DNA of 64,000 nucleotides from Selaginella moellendorffii (lineage: Eukaryota; Plantae; Lycopodiophyta): the NCBI RefSeq assembly GCF_000143415.4, contig NW_003314388.1:310001-374000 (forward strand), given 5' to 3'. The notes under the pieces are model-generated. The model made no database searches. It saw only the letters and a list, made by a program, of their open reading frames with translations, and was not told the DNA's origin. This document shows positions 49,301 to 62,305 of this stretch, piece after piece. The position numbers and the translations under genes are program-made. Position 1 is the first letter of the stretch. The number at the start of each line of letters is the position of its first letter.

Positions 49301-52300
49301 AAGTTGGTTGAGTCTTGAAAGTTTGCAATCCTGGACTGAGAGTCATTCTTTCTCTAGGATGGGAAATTTTCCACAAATTTTCTTAGACTTTTCCAATGGC
49401 TGATCTATTGATCATTTTGTCCGAAAACCATTCCGTTTTCGAAGGCCAGTACAAACTAGTGAAGGGGTTGGAGTTGACTTCGGTTAACTTAGACCTTGGT
49501 AGGTAGTTTGTATGATTTAACCCGAAAAGGATGCTGACTTTTGGGGCTAAGGCAATTGAGTTGGATAGAGTCTAGAGTTGGTGTAGAAAAGTGGCCGTTA
49601 CACTTTTCTAAGAAGGGTGACTCTTGTGCCTTTCTTTTGTAGCATTATGCTCGGTGACAGGTTGCACCTTGCATTTTGTTAAGATTCTATGAGAGTAGTG
49701 AGCTTTCACTGATCTTGACTTGGTCTTGGTGGCCCTGCGCCTTGGCTAAGGATGGTGATGTCCAACTTAGTTGTTTGAGGTTGAGATGTTGGTACCCATA
49801 CTATAGCTTTGTCTATGAGGAGGTTGTGTACCGATATGAGTCCATCTTATGGTCTTCACTTTAGTTTTGACTGAGTGTTGATTGTATAGCTAGCCTCTTC
49901 AAAGGCATGCTCAGAGCTAGTGGCTAAATGTTTTAGTGAGCTTATTGCGGTTGAGTTGGATTTGAGTGGTCATTTAGTTTGTGCTTGTCTATGAACTTTT
50001 ATCTCGTACATGGGGTATCACGTTCATATTGGGCAAGTATATAACTTGATGACAAGAGTTGGTGTTTGGGTCTTGTGAAGGGAAGTTGAGGAGTGATTGT
50101 TAGTTTCTTTGCGACTAGTGATTACTTGTAGACTTCGTCAAGGACTTTTGACACTTGCTTTGCTCGATGATGATTTAGCGGTGATGGGCTTGCTTTACCA
50201 GATGGTGTTGCGGAGGATCGTGTCATTAGGCTGCATGGGTTTTTCCATGTTGGCATATCAATTCCTTTGTCGATATCATTTGGTTACGTTTGGTCTATAG
50301 TGTTGGATTTCATTGAGTCTTGGATGTGGTGATTCACTCCTTGATGATGTGTTATCTGTCACTGAGTTTTGCTAAAGGATTGGTCTCGGATACTAAGTAT
50401 AGTATCTTCGACTTTGGTTAGCTTGGTTGCTAGAAAGCTCCAAGTGGTGATTCACTCTTGCTTTCTTCTAGCTTTGTCCTGGTGTTGATGGCATTGAAGT
50501 GATGCCTTGTCATTGATATTGTTGATATTGAGACTTGAGTGAAATGAAATGTCTTTCCTTAGGATTGATATTGAGTTTCATTAGTCTTGATGAAAAGTGT
50601 TGATGATTTGGCTTTAGCTTTGTGTTGTTGGCATTCATGCATTTGCTAGTTAGCAACTGTGTTAACGTTCAAATAAACTGAGTGGCAAGTTGAGTTAGTT
50701 ATGTTCTCGATGAGTTTGTTTAGTAAGGGTTGAGCTTTAAGCTTGTCCTTGAAAAGTGATTCAGTCGTGGACTATGCTAACTCTACAAGCGAAAGAGTTA
50801 GTGATCAATATTGGAAAGTTTGAATCCTTATTGGGTTTGAATTAAAATATAATGATCATTGATAATTCCCCTTGTGCTTGTTACGATGTGAGCTATGTCT
50901 TGCTATAGATGGATTCATGGAGGATCGATTAGATGATCACTTGTTGAGCATAACTTCATTATGCTTGGCTTTTGGATTGATGCAGACATGCTCTTCATTA
51001 GCTTTCACATTATGAAGTTTAGCTTATGGATGTATTGAAGGGGATATTGTGGTTCTACCATGATTTCTTCTTTAACATTGAAGTTAGTTCGTGCGAGACT
51101 TGTGATCATTGTTAGACAAGACTTGGCTATAGGCTTCTTTGAACTTTTGGTCATTTGAGTTTATTATGCTCATTGTTCCATTTGTTAGAAGTTGTTGGGG
51201 GGGAAGGCATTTTTGGCTCTTTAGCTTCGATGTACAAGTTAGTATTTGCATTTAGCAATCATTGGTGATGATTGACTATCATCTAGGATAATTGATTATC
51301 CTTGTACGAGGTTTTGCTTGATTATCGTTGATCTAGATTGATTTGCTATTCTTCGGGATGGTGGATTCCTTCCAAGACGATGATTCTGCATATCTCTTAT
51401 TGATGGGATGATTAATGATCTTTCATGATGGTTAGTTGTTATTTTTGATAGCTTATGGCTTTTTGCAATACCACAAGTTGTTTGTGGTTTGCTCTGGATT
51501 GGTCTCTTGGGTTTGAGATATTAGTAGAATGTTGCTGACACTTGCTTAGGCAACTTGAATTCCTTAGTGTTGTTTGCTGGGATCTATTCAGATTGGCTTT
51601 TGTGATTGTTGGCAGGCATGAGTGTTTGTTGGTCTTACCACATTCATTCTCTTCTGTTGATTGTTGCTCGAGTTAGTTTTGATAGATTTGGATGTTATTT
51701 CCTTTGGGTGATACATTTGCGAGCATTGTGCTTGTTAGTCAATGATACTTTGTGTTCTTTGAGTTCTCTCTAGTAAGTTGTTGGTTTACTGTCTACTATC
51801 TTCGGTAGTTAAGTTTCATCATTGAGTTTCCTTGATGATATACTAGCTATTGAATGTTGTTGGATGGTGATTCCTATGTTTACCAATTATAGTGATCTTG
51901 GTGGTTCCTATCTACAATACTACTGGTTTATCGGATGATAACTTACTTAGAATACTTTTGTGTTCTACTCTAAGATATAATCACTAGTAATTAAGCTTCT
52001 CAGATATCATTGTCTCTGACTTTGATATTGTCCATCTATTGATCTTTGAGTTTGGGCCAGTCTAGGCAGACTGGCTTTGGCACTTCGTGTGCATGTTGAA
52101 GTCTCTAGTCATGGGGTAGCTACTGTCGACTGGTCACATAACCCGCCTCTCTGTCGATGTTCTTTATTCCGTTAAAAGGGCGTGACCGTGTAAACAACTC
52201 TAACTGCCTGTTTACAGTAGTCTATCTAAACCTTACCGACGGGTTTGGTTTCTTTGCTTAGGAGGGTTGGGGCCTCTGGCTTCTCTCTCTATGTCTCTGC

Positions 52301-54552
52301 GGGCAGGGGCATATCACACTTTTGTAAGCTGGGTGACTCTCAGAGCAGCAAGGGTGGCTGACTCCGTTGGTCATTTCTTTGTTGGCGACGGCCGAAAGGT
52401 GTCTGAGTTGGTAGCGCATCCGCGTTAGACAAAGAGGTCGTTCCATAACTCATTTAAGTCGGTGTGTTTCCCACATAGTGTGCTTTCCGTTAACTTTCGG
52501 AGTTGTTTCCTTGACGGTTTGCTAGACTCGGGTATGCATCGACGAGGATGTCGATCTTCCTTAGGGGGGGAGAGTGTCACGCATGTGACTTCGGGTATCG
52601 AAAGTTATCTGTCGACCAGTCCTTACGGACACTCTTACCTTACTGCCACGATGGCAGGAGATTAGTATTGCTGGTTCCCTTTATCAGCCCCTCTTGTTCA
52701 AGTGTTAGTTTACTGGGCTTAGCATCTATACTTAGCCAGATGGACATAAGGTAGGAACTCCTATGTGTTTCTAGCTGAGCATACTCGGCCTGGCTCTTAG
52801 TTGTCTTTTGCTCTGTCTTGCACTGGCTTGACAAGAACCCTCGCATATTGAGATTGGTCCCTCAATATCGCCGAATGATAGCTTACCGTGTCTGCCAAAC
52901 ACCCTCGCTATCATGCCCTTTGTGTTGGTCTCATTTCGGTCCCAAATGCTATTTATGGAAAGTGTCCAGATTTGCTCATTTGGCATATCTACGGAATGTA
53001 GAGATCGTCCTGAACACAATGGTGTTCGTCCCGTGTCCAAATTCGCAATCTAGGGACATTCCATATTTAGTAAGTTTCGAGCTTGTCCCAGAGACTAACT
53101 CCTGATACTAAGGGAGGTTTGGGGTGAAAGCCCAAAGCGTGTGTTCCTCAAGGGGGGGGGGGGGCTGTGGGGGGTTCCAAATGTATAGTAGGGATAGTGG
53201 GTAGGTCGGGTATGGCCGACCAACCTGAGGCATAGTCTAGCTCCCGCTTGCGTGCTTGTCCTTGTTCTGCGTTCGGCTTGGGTCTAAGCCCAAGTTCCAT
53301 TCCATGCTAGCTGGTGGAGTACCCATATCCTCACGTTAGGCCACCAGTATGCCGAAATAGCGCCAGACTCCGTTTGGCTCCGTTTTGCGTGCTGGTCCTG
53401 GCATTGGGATGCTGGTTGCTCTAGGACTATTCCAAGTCGCTCCAGGCCCCTGTCCCTTCGCTCCTTGGGCTGTACGCTCGGGAGTTGCTCTGTGGTTCGG
53501 TTCCGTCACTCCTTAGCTCCATGCTTGGGAGTTTGGCACCGTTCCTTCGTTCAGTGGCCAAGGCCTTGAACCTCGGGTTTCACACCACGGTCCTTTGGAC
53601 ACGTGGCATGTGACATGTGGCATCTGTCATGTGGCACAAAGGGTTTAGGTTCCGCTTTGTGGTGTTATCCTATGGTAAATCACCATAGGATAAAGGGTAA
53701 AAACCACGTGCGCTACAGATATCCACTAGGAAGTCCAAAACTATAGTGAATACAGACAAACAAATGAGATAGCTTGGTAAAGTGTTCAAAAGCCGACTTT
53801 AGTTCCCCCGGGAGATCGAATGGTCGATACTCCTAATCCAAGCATGGGTGGCACTACCTACTTGGATATTTAGCGTGGTTTAATGGAACTTTGCTCTAAG
53901 CCCATGGCTAAAGCACCCAAAGGCAGAAGGTGGGGAGAGTACCTATGAGGTTATATAAGGCCATGATGTTCCAAAATGTTGTTCCAAAGTCCTAGACAAT
54001 GGAAAGGAAGAGGAGTAATCCTCTAGTGTAGTGACTAAAAATACAGTCTCATGGTGAGAAAGTCTCAAAGGACAATGGGATTTAATGGTTGGGCATATGA
54101 GCTTTGATCTAGTGGCAGTGTTGGCAAACATGACTATAGACAGAAAGGGACGTGGTGGGGACTGAAAAAGGGATATTGAGGAAGGCTATTCTTCATGTCT
54201 GTAGGCATCCTAAGGATGCTAAGGATTGGATCTGGAAGGACCACTCATGGATGGATGACCCAGTCCTAGAAAGACAAAACTGAGATGCAAAAAATATTGG
54301 ACCACCAGTGTGGCAAAGGTGAATGGGCATGGCTTTAGTGTAACAGGTTGATATATTAGTGGTACCTTTGGGTGTCGGTCATGGGATTAGACACATGAAG
54401 CACTTGAACCAAGTGCAAAAGTTGAGTGGCAGGGATGACATTTTTAGGGCTAGCAAGCCCCATGGACTTATGGAAGTTGTGGATGAGACTCCTCCAAGTG
54501 GTCAGAGATATGGTTAAATGATTAAAGTAGAATGGAAAAATTGTCACTTACA
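46305..54552 (+). mobile_element. About 0.95-kb LTR-like repeat split by the nested 7.3-kb element (46305-46425 + 53718-54552)
   Basis: The joined halves align with the reverse complement of 60982-61929 and end CACTTACA. Older fragments lie at about 32810-33245 and 44875-45265. Confidence 0.7.
46426..53717 (+). mobile_element. Non-autonomous LTR element (LARD-like); 1143-bp LTRs at 46426-47568 and 52575-53717
   Basis: TG..CA ends, TSD GATAT, PBS TGGTATCAGAG at 47571 and PPT AGGGGGGGAGAG at 52563. The 5-kb interior has no long ORF. Confidence 0.93.
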
Positions 54553-56930
54553 CTTTGATTATTCTTAAAGAGTGCTTAATTTTGGGATTTTGGTTTAGAT
54601 TTAACTTTTGTAACATTTTAAATTTCTTCTCTTTTGATTGTTTTTTCATTTTTATTCATCTTTATAGTAGAGTAGTAGTTTCTTCCTTCTATGACTCTTG
54701 AGTAGCAATTAGTGCAATTGCTCAATATTATGCAATTGTAGTTAAACAATCATCTTGCTCTTACTGCCAATCTTTGTGTTTGCCCAGAGTTCTTTTGTAG
54801 GAATCCTAGGGTTGATGTGTACCATTAATTTGATCATTTTATTGTGATTGCTACCTATCATTTTTGGATGATGCTCCATATTTGTATGAATATCCCAATT
54901 GTCTCTAAAGGATGGCATGGCAGTGGTGTAATGGTTTCAATGCAACCACTCATGTAGATTGGAGTATTCTTTTAGACATCTTTAAATGCGCATTTGGACA
55001 TGTTACAATTGTGATGATGCTTTTTAACAATTGCATTATTTTCATCAAGGGCTATTTAAGTTAATTTTATTTTCATTTTTGGAGCCTCTTTCTTTATGCA
55101 AAGCTAAATATGTTAGAACAGATCAAATTAATTTCATCAAAGCATTGTGGGACTTGTGTATGCACTTGCTTTAGCCACCCTTGACAATGCTCTTCGATAG
55201 GCATAATATTATAAAATATTGCCTCTTCCACTTCTCATTATACGTCTTTCAGCTCCACTTTATGTGGGAGATGATCCTTTTCTGATAAAGGTTGATGTTG
55301 CTACTGCTTTTATTTAAGAATAAGGGTGAGAACTTGGTCAAGGCCATGATTTCTACTACTAAGCGTATGATGAGATTAGTCACATATTTCAGTGTTATCA
55401 ATGTTTTCTAGACTAGTGTCCCCCATTTCCTTCGTGGAGGCTTTGGTGTCAATTTCTTGTTAATGTTGTTATGGTGGAATGTCTTAACATAGTGATTTTT
55501 CTAGGAAGCAAGAAGTCAAGCAAGTAGTGGAGGGTTTTGCATAAATAAGTTCGTGGCCTTTCCATCCTTTTTTTGAGAGTACTATCAAAAGGTTCATTTA
55601 GCACTAATTCGTTAAATGTTTAATTTCCAAGCTTGTTTTTATAACAAAAGTCTCCTATTATTCTCTTTATGTTAATTGATATAAGTTTGAGTTTATCTTT
55701 TATTGCTCAGTTTATTCACATGTTACTATTTACAATTGTATTGTGTGGTAAAGCTAACCTTCATTTTCTATAATAATAGCCGTACATATGCATATGCACG
55801 GGATGAGATGAACCTACTTGACGTGATGAATTTTGATTTCATCTTGAGTATAAATTAGTTGTAATGCAATCATGCCAAATGTGATTTTGAGGCTTCTCCC
55901 TCTTCTTTCATACTTTCTCATATTTTTTCTATTCCTATCACTTCTATTCCCTTTTGTCTTTTCAATTTTACCTCTACTTTCTATTATGTTTCCATCATGC
56001 TCTTTTATTCCCCTTTTAGATCCCTTCAATGGTGTTTATGTTGTAGAGGTGGATTGACTCAAGAAAGAGTATTTTAATTTTTTCAATATTGATTTGTCAT
56101 TTGAGGCTAAGATTGCAACATGTCATTTTATTCTAACTAGGGATGCTCATCCAATCAAAGTTTCTATTTTAGTATTGGTCACTAAAGGAGATTATTATAT
56201 GTGAATGTCAAGGAGATGTTAGATAATGGTGTTATCTAAAAATCTTGGAGTTTATGAGTGTGTAAACCTTATCTTGTGATAAAGTTTAATAGGAGTATTC
56301 ACTTTTTTATTGACCATTATCTATTAAATGATGTGACTATCCTAGATATATACCCTCTTCTTCATATGGTTGATCTTTTAAATTGTTTAGGGGGAAGGCA
56401 TTAGTTCACTAAATTAGATCTTGCTTTTAGATATTAACAAGTGTTGACGGCCAAAGAAGATGTTTCTAAAACTATTTTTTATATACCATTTAATTTGTAT
56501 AAGTTTTTAGTGATGTCGTTCATTTTGAATAATGCTTTAATAATTTTCTAGTGGACGATGGATAAGGTTTTTTGCGATATGTTGGAGGTGACTATTGACT
56601 TCATTGATCCACTTGGAGGAGACATTTGAGGAGCATGTTCGTGATATTTATAAAGTGTTAAATCAATTGTTGGAAGTTAATTTAAAGCTAAAGTGATTGA
56701 AATGCATGTTTGGGTTCAAAGACATAATTTATCTTGGATGTTATATGTTTCATGAAGGTTTGCAAGTTGATCATAATAAACTTGTGGCTATTCTAAAGTT
56801 CTCTATTCCAAAGTGTTTGAATGATATCTAGCAGTTCTTAAGCAAGGTGCAATATCTCAGTTGTTTCATTGATTATCTTTTTGATCGTACTGTATCGTTG
56901 CTAACATTGTTGAAGTTATCAACATATCTT
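54553..56930 (+). mobile_element. Heavily eroded copy of the 25274-30238 Gypsy family (leader, gag, protease, RT)
   Basis: Colinear with the reverse complement of about 30045-27450, with pervasive C>T and G>A changes. Confidence 0.85.
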
Positions 56931-59900
56931 TTAGAGTGAAAACCACTCTTGACCTCATAAGCTGAAAAGTTGAGCTCAATTTTCAATTGCCGTTTAATAC
57001 AAATATTATAAATTTTAAAAAATTAAGGTTATAGAAAACCTAAATTTATATTATATTTTCATAACTCTCTACATTTTATAAGGATATTTTAGAAGAGGCT
57101 TTTCATCCAAGAAGTTAAATATTTACTGTATGTTATTTTATTTAAGTTTTTTAAAACATAAAATAAAATTGTTAATGTTGGTAGTTTCAACTCTTGAAAT
57201 CTTTCTTCTCAGGGTAGTAATTTAAAGACTAGGAGCTGCAATATTCATCCTATTGCATAACACATCCAAACCATACAAAAGGTAAGAAAAGAGGATAATG
57301 AGAATAATGATTATATATTAAAGATAAAAGCAATGATAAATTGTGCAATAATTTAGGCGAAAATGAATTCCCTCCTATTTGTTTTAAAAAATTGTAATTT
57401 CATGATTTTCAAGAAATGCCCCATCTATTTTCTAGCTTTTTGTGGAAACAGTGGCGACAATCAGTACAACAACTTATACACGCTTACAACATATTGCAAT
57501 ATCATAGCCCCAAACTTCTATAAAATATGTTTTGAGATGGTAAAGACAAAAATAGATAGTATTATAACAAGAAAACTTGGAAGTATATGAAATGAAATGA
57601 ATATTTTAATATTAATTATATAAAGTATAAACGGTATATATTACCGATAAAGAATAAATATTAATAGTCTTGGAGAATATTATTAACTCCAAAAGTTTTA
57701 CAACTTAGCAGTAGTAAAGTTTGTTTAGTGTATATGAATGTCCACTTTAGGATCTTAGTGTAAAGTGTTGATGAAAATATAGTACATATATACCTTCCTA
57801 TATTTCTTGTGCTTAGTAAAGTTTGGTTATGTGTAAGGAAAGTATTGAATAACAATTGTGTATTCTCCATTTTCTATTATGACAATGTGCAATATTTTGG
57901 AGCAAAATAGTATTCAATATCAAGTCTGTGAAAGCTTTTTGTTCTAAGATCTATACTGATATCTTTACCAATAAAGAAAAATAACACTTTGAGTGAATAG
58001 TTTTTATGTTAGTAATAGAAGCTTGGGAATTGTACTCCATAAATATGCCACGAACTATTTCCTCAGCTACAATTGCTACTTCTTGAGCTAGTGGAGTCAC
58101 CTTCCTCTTTATCCTATTGTGTAACATCTCAACAAAAAGCCTTGTTCCTAGTATCTTCTTTTCTCGAATGCTAATGTTTTTTAAGATTGCTTTATAGCAT
58201 ATATCAAATCCAATAAACATGTTTTATATAAACTTATCTTCCTTTTCCTTGCCTCAAAATATACTAGCTCTAATATTTATTCTTAGAAAGATTCATAGTT
58301 CAAGTGGTTGGTTCTAATAAAAAAGGCAACATTAAAAGGCAAAAAAAAGAAAGAAGAAATAAGAAATTTCATCTCTTCTAACCACTCTATCCCATAGAAG
58401 GAAGTAGTATATTTTGGCCTTGTAAATGGCATAACATAAAGGAAAAATCTTGCAAAACTAACACTTAAATCCAATAATAATGGTGTCAGAGATAAGAGGA
58501 TTGATTGTAAACCTTTCAAAAAATATAAAATTTCTATAACTATTTTGATTACATGCTTCATCCATGCAATCTAAATGCTTACCATAGTGAATTATAGACA
58601 CTGTTCCTTCAAAATGCTGGAAGTGTGTGGTTTTGATCTTACACCAGTTTTAGACATCTTACTTAGTTTCCATCCCTTTTCGTTTAGAATTAGTGTTATT
58701 GATAAAAGGTTTTAGATAAAAAAATATATTACTATTGTAGCAAAATGGAAGCTAACTCATGGGTTTATATAAAAATAAATGTACGTTGACTGGGAAATGG
58801 GAAAAGTGGAAAGCATTATTAATAGCTTTGAATATTACTGAAGATGGAGCTTGTGAATTTGGGGCTAACTTTTCCACTTGAACTGGAAGAGGAGGAGAGG
58901 ATGATGACTAACTCTTTCTTCACATTCACTTTGGCTTAAACATTTTGATTGGAGATCCAAAAATTTGAATCTCCTTGGACTTTGAATTTTGCAAATCTTA
59001 TTATTATCCACCCTTGCCCACACTAGAAAGAGAAAATACCAAGTAGCAACTATATTAATGTTGTTGCAGATCACAACCTCTAACAAAATAGAGCCAAGAC
59101 GAAGATTAAAATGGCAATATAAATTTTTTTTAGAAAATGACTTTGAAACAACAAAAGCAGTGGGTGATCTCAAAAATGTAGAAAAACCTCTTCATCCTTT
59201 TTTATAGGTTTTGGAGTTCTCTATCTCCCTTATGCTACTTATAAAAATCTATAGTGAAACATAAATTGAGATTTAAGGAGAGCAATAAAAAGAATAATAA
59301 CAATGTACAAATGAATTTAAATACTATAGCATATCTAATATGTGTAACTGTGATAGTATTATCATGTGTTTTGTTGTCTATTGCATGCACACAAATCCTA
59401 GAAAAGGTTTTCAGCATGTGAAGTTTCATTGTTAGTGATGATAGTAATGACATTCTGCTTTGGTATGGAAATCCAAAATATCTGATCATGTGTAAAATAT
59501 CAGTAGTTTGTCAAATCTTTAGTGTTAGGTGATGTTAGTAATGATAATTCTTCATTCACATAGTTTTGATTCCTAATATGAGTTGAATTTTAGCCATATA
59601 TGCAAATACTACTCAATGACATTTAGAGTATGTGCCAATAATTTAGATTCATACACAATACAAAACAAATTTATGGATGAGGATTCATCCATTCATAGAT
59701 TGAAATAGTATAATATATTTAATATAAAAATGCAACATACAAAATTTATACTCTTTAAAGTTCTGTCATGAATCCAAAATTTGTGTGAAATCTTGTTGAG
59801 AATCCATCCTTTCTATATAATTGGGAAAACTAATATTAATTCTCCAATAACTTAAACATTGAAAGGTGCTATATATACCATCATTTATAAATTTTAAAAC

Positions 59901-59964
59901 AATTTACATACAATATCAATGTAACTTATGTTATTGACAAAATAAAATAGGGTTTAGGCTAAGT

Positions 59965-60978
59965 AGTTTTTGGCCTCGGAGCCCGAGGTTATTCAAATAA
60001 CCTTGGGCCCCCGGACACCAAAATTGCCTAAGCTTGAACTTGGGATCGCCACCTCAGGCAGTTTCTGGCCTCGAGAGCCCAAAGTTATTCAAATAACTTT
60101 GGGACCCTAGACCCCAAAACTACCCAAGATCAAGCTCAAGCTTGCCATCTTGGGCAGTTTCTAGCCTCGATAGCTTGAGGTTATTCAAATAACCTTGGGC
60201 CCCTGGACCCCAAAACTACCTAAGGTGGGCAGTTTCTGGCCTTGAGGGCCCCAAGTTATTCAAAGAACCTCGGGCCCCTGGACCCCGAAACTACCTAGAT
60301 CGAGCTCAGGCTCACCACCTCGGGTAGTTTCAAGGTCCAGGGACCCAAGGTGATTTGAATAACCTTAGGCCCTCGAGGCCAGAAACTGCCTAAGGTGGCA
60401 AGCCCGAGCTTGAGCTCAACTTCGGGCAGTTTCGGGGTCTAGGGGCCCGAGGTTATTTGAATAACCTTGGGCCCTCGAGGCTAGAAACTACCCGAGGTCA
60501 AGCTCGAGCTTGCCACCTGTCGCAGTTTCTAGCCTCAAGGGCTCGAGGTTATTCAAATAATCTCGGGCCCTTGGACCCCGAAACTGCCCGAGGTCGAGCT
60601 CGGGCTTGCCACTTCCAGCAGTTTCTAGCCTTGAGGGCCCGAGGTTATTCAAATAACCTCAGGGCCTCGGACACCAAAACTGCCTGAGGTTGAGCTCGGG
60701 CTTGCCATCTCAGGCAGTTTTTGGCCTCGAGGGCCCGAGGTTATTCAAATAACCTCAAGCCCCTGGACATCAAAACTGCCCGAGGTCCAGCTCAGGCTCG
60801 CCACCTCGGGCAATTTCTGGCCTCGAGGGCCCAAGGTTATTCAAATAACCTCGAGCCCCTGGACCCCAAAACTGCTTGAGGTCGAGCTTGGGCTCGCCAC
60901 CTCGGGTAGTTTCTGGCCTCGACGGCCCGAAGTTATTTGAATAACCTCAGGCCCTCGAGGCCAGAAACTGCCCGAGGT
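59965..60978. repeat. GC-rich tandem array, 96-bp unit, about 11 copies, built of nested inverted repeats
   Basis: Hairpin centres at 59989, 60085, 60181, 60256, 60351, 60453, 60549, 60645, 60741, 60837 and 60933. Confidence 0.92.
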
Positions 60979-60981
60979 AGC

Positions 60982-61929
60982 TATAAGTGAGTAAATTTTC
61001 CATTCTACTTTAATCACTTAATCACACCTCCGACCACTTGGAGGAGTCTCATTCACAACCTCTATAAGTCCTATTCTGAACTTGGGGCTTGCTAGCCTTG
61101 AGAATGTCATCCCTGTCACTTAACCTTTGCACTTGGTCTAAATGCTTCCCATGACCGACACTCAAAGGTACCACTGACATATTAGCCCGTTACATTAAGG
61201 CCATGCCCAATCACCTTTGCTGCACTGGTGGTCTAATACCCCTTGGATCACAGTCATGTCTCTCCAAGGTTGGGCCATCTGTCCATAACTGGTCATTTCA
61301 GATCCACTCATTAGCATCCTTAAGATGTTTGCAGACATGGGGAACAACTTTCCCTAATATCCTTTTTCAGTCCCCACTAAGTCCCTTTCTGTCCATGGCC
61401 GTGTTCGCCAACACTGCCCCTGGAACAAGGCACGTAGGCCTGACTTTTAAGTCCCACTATCCTTTGGGACTTCCTCACCATGTGACCATATTTTTAGTCA
61501 CTGCACTAGAGGATTGTTCCTCTTCCTTTTCACAGTCTAAGACTTTGGGACAACATTTCAAAACACTATGGCCTTACATAAGCCTCATAAGTACTCTCCC
61601 CACCTTTTGCCTTTTGGTGCTCTAGTCGTGGGATTAGAGTGAGGTTCTATTGAGCCATACCAGGTATCCAAGAAGGTAGTGCCACCCACACTTAGACTGG
61701 GAGCATCAACCATTCGATCTTCCGAGGAAACTACAGCCGGCTCTTGAACACTTCACCAAATTACCCCACTTGTCAGTCTGTATTCACTCTAGCTTTGGAC
61801 TTCCCAATGGTTATCCCATCACCCAACACCTGGGTATAGCCTTCCTGGGAAAAACTAGCCTTTCCTGGTTAAACTAGCTCCACTAAAGTCTTCCCCTTAC
61901 TATACTTTTGTAGCTCACCAAACCCCTCA
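60982..61929 (-). mobile_element. LTR-like repeat, same family as 46305-54552
   Basis: Reverse-complement alignment over about 0.95 kb. Confidence 0.75.
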
Positions 61930-61984
61930 GGGTCTGAGAGACGAACACTTTGGGCTTTCACCCTCGGACTCAAATTTAGACTTG

Positions 61985-62305
61985 GAATCAGGCTTGGCCT
62001 CGGTCTTGGGCTCAGCCTTGGTCTCGATTTCAGTTGCAGTCCCGGTCCCGATCTCGGTCTCAGTCCTAGTCCTAGTCCCAGTCTTAGTCTTGGTCCCAGT
62101 CCCGGTCCCGGTCTCGGTCTTGGTCCTAGTCCCGGTCCTGGTCTTGGTCCCAGTCCTGGTCTTGGTCTCAGTCTCGGTCTTGGTCTCAACCTCAGATTCC
62201 ATCTTGGGCCCTTCTCGGACTCCATCTTGGACTTTATCTCGGACTCCATCTCGAACTCCATCTTGGTCCATCTCAGGTCCATCTCGGACTCCTTCTCAGA
62301 CTCCA
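61985..62305. repeat. Degenerate hexamer/dodecamer tandem repeat (GGTCTC/GGTCCC, then GGACTCCATCTC)
   Basis: Directly visible; it produces low-complexity ORFs in several frames. Confidence 0.85.

Noticed and set aside
57000-59940. Genes or a transposase in the AT-rich stretch
   Set aside because: It has only short ORFs with no recognisable motifs. It is probably an eroded TE but I cannot assign it.
59948-59958. Interstitial telomeric array
   Set aside because: Fewer than two TTTAGGG units; telo-box-like words are common throughout the window.
59965-60978. CRISPR array (palindromic repeats at regular spacing)
   Set aside because: The intervening sequences are themselves repeated rather than unique spacers, there are no cas genes, and the context is eukaryotic.
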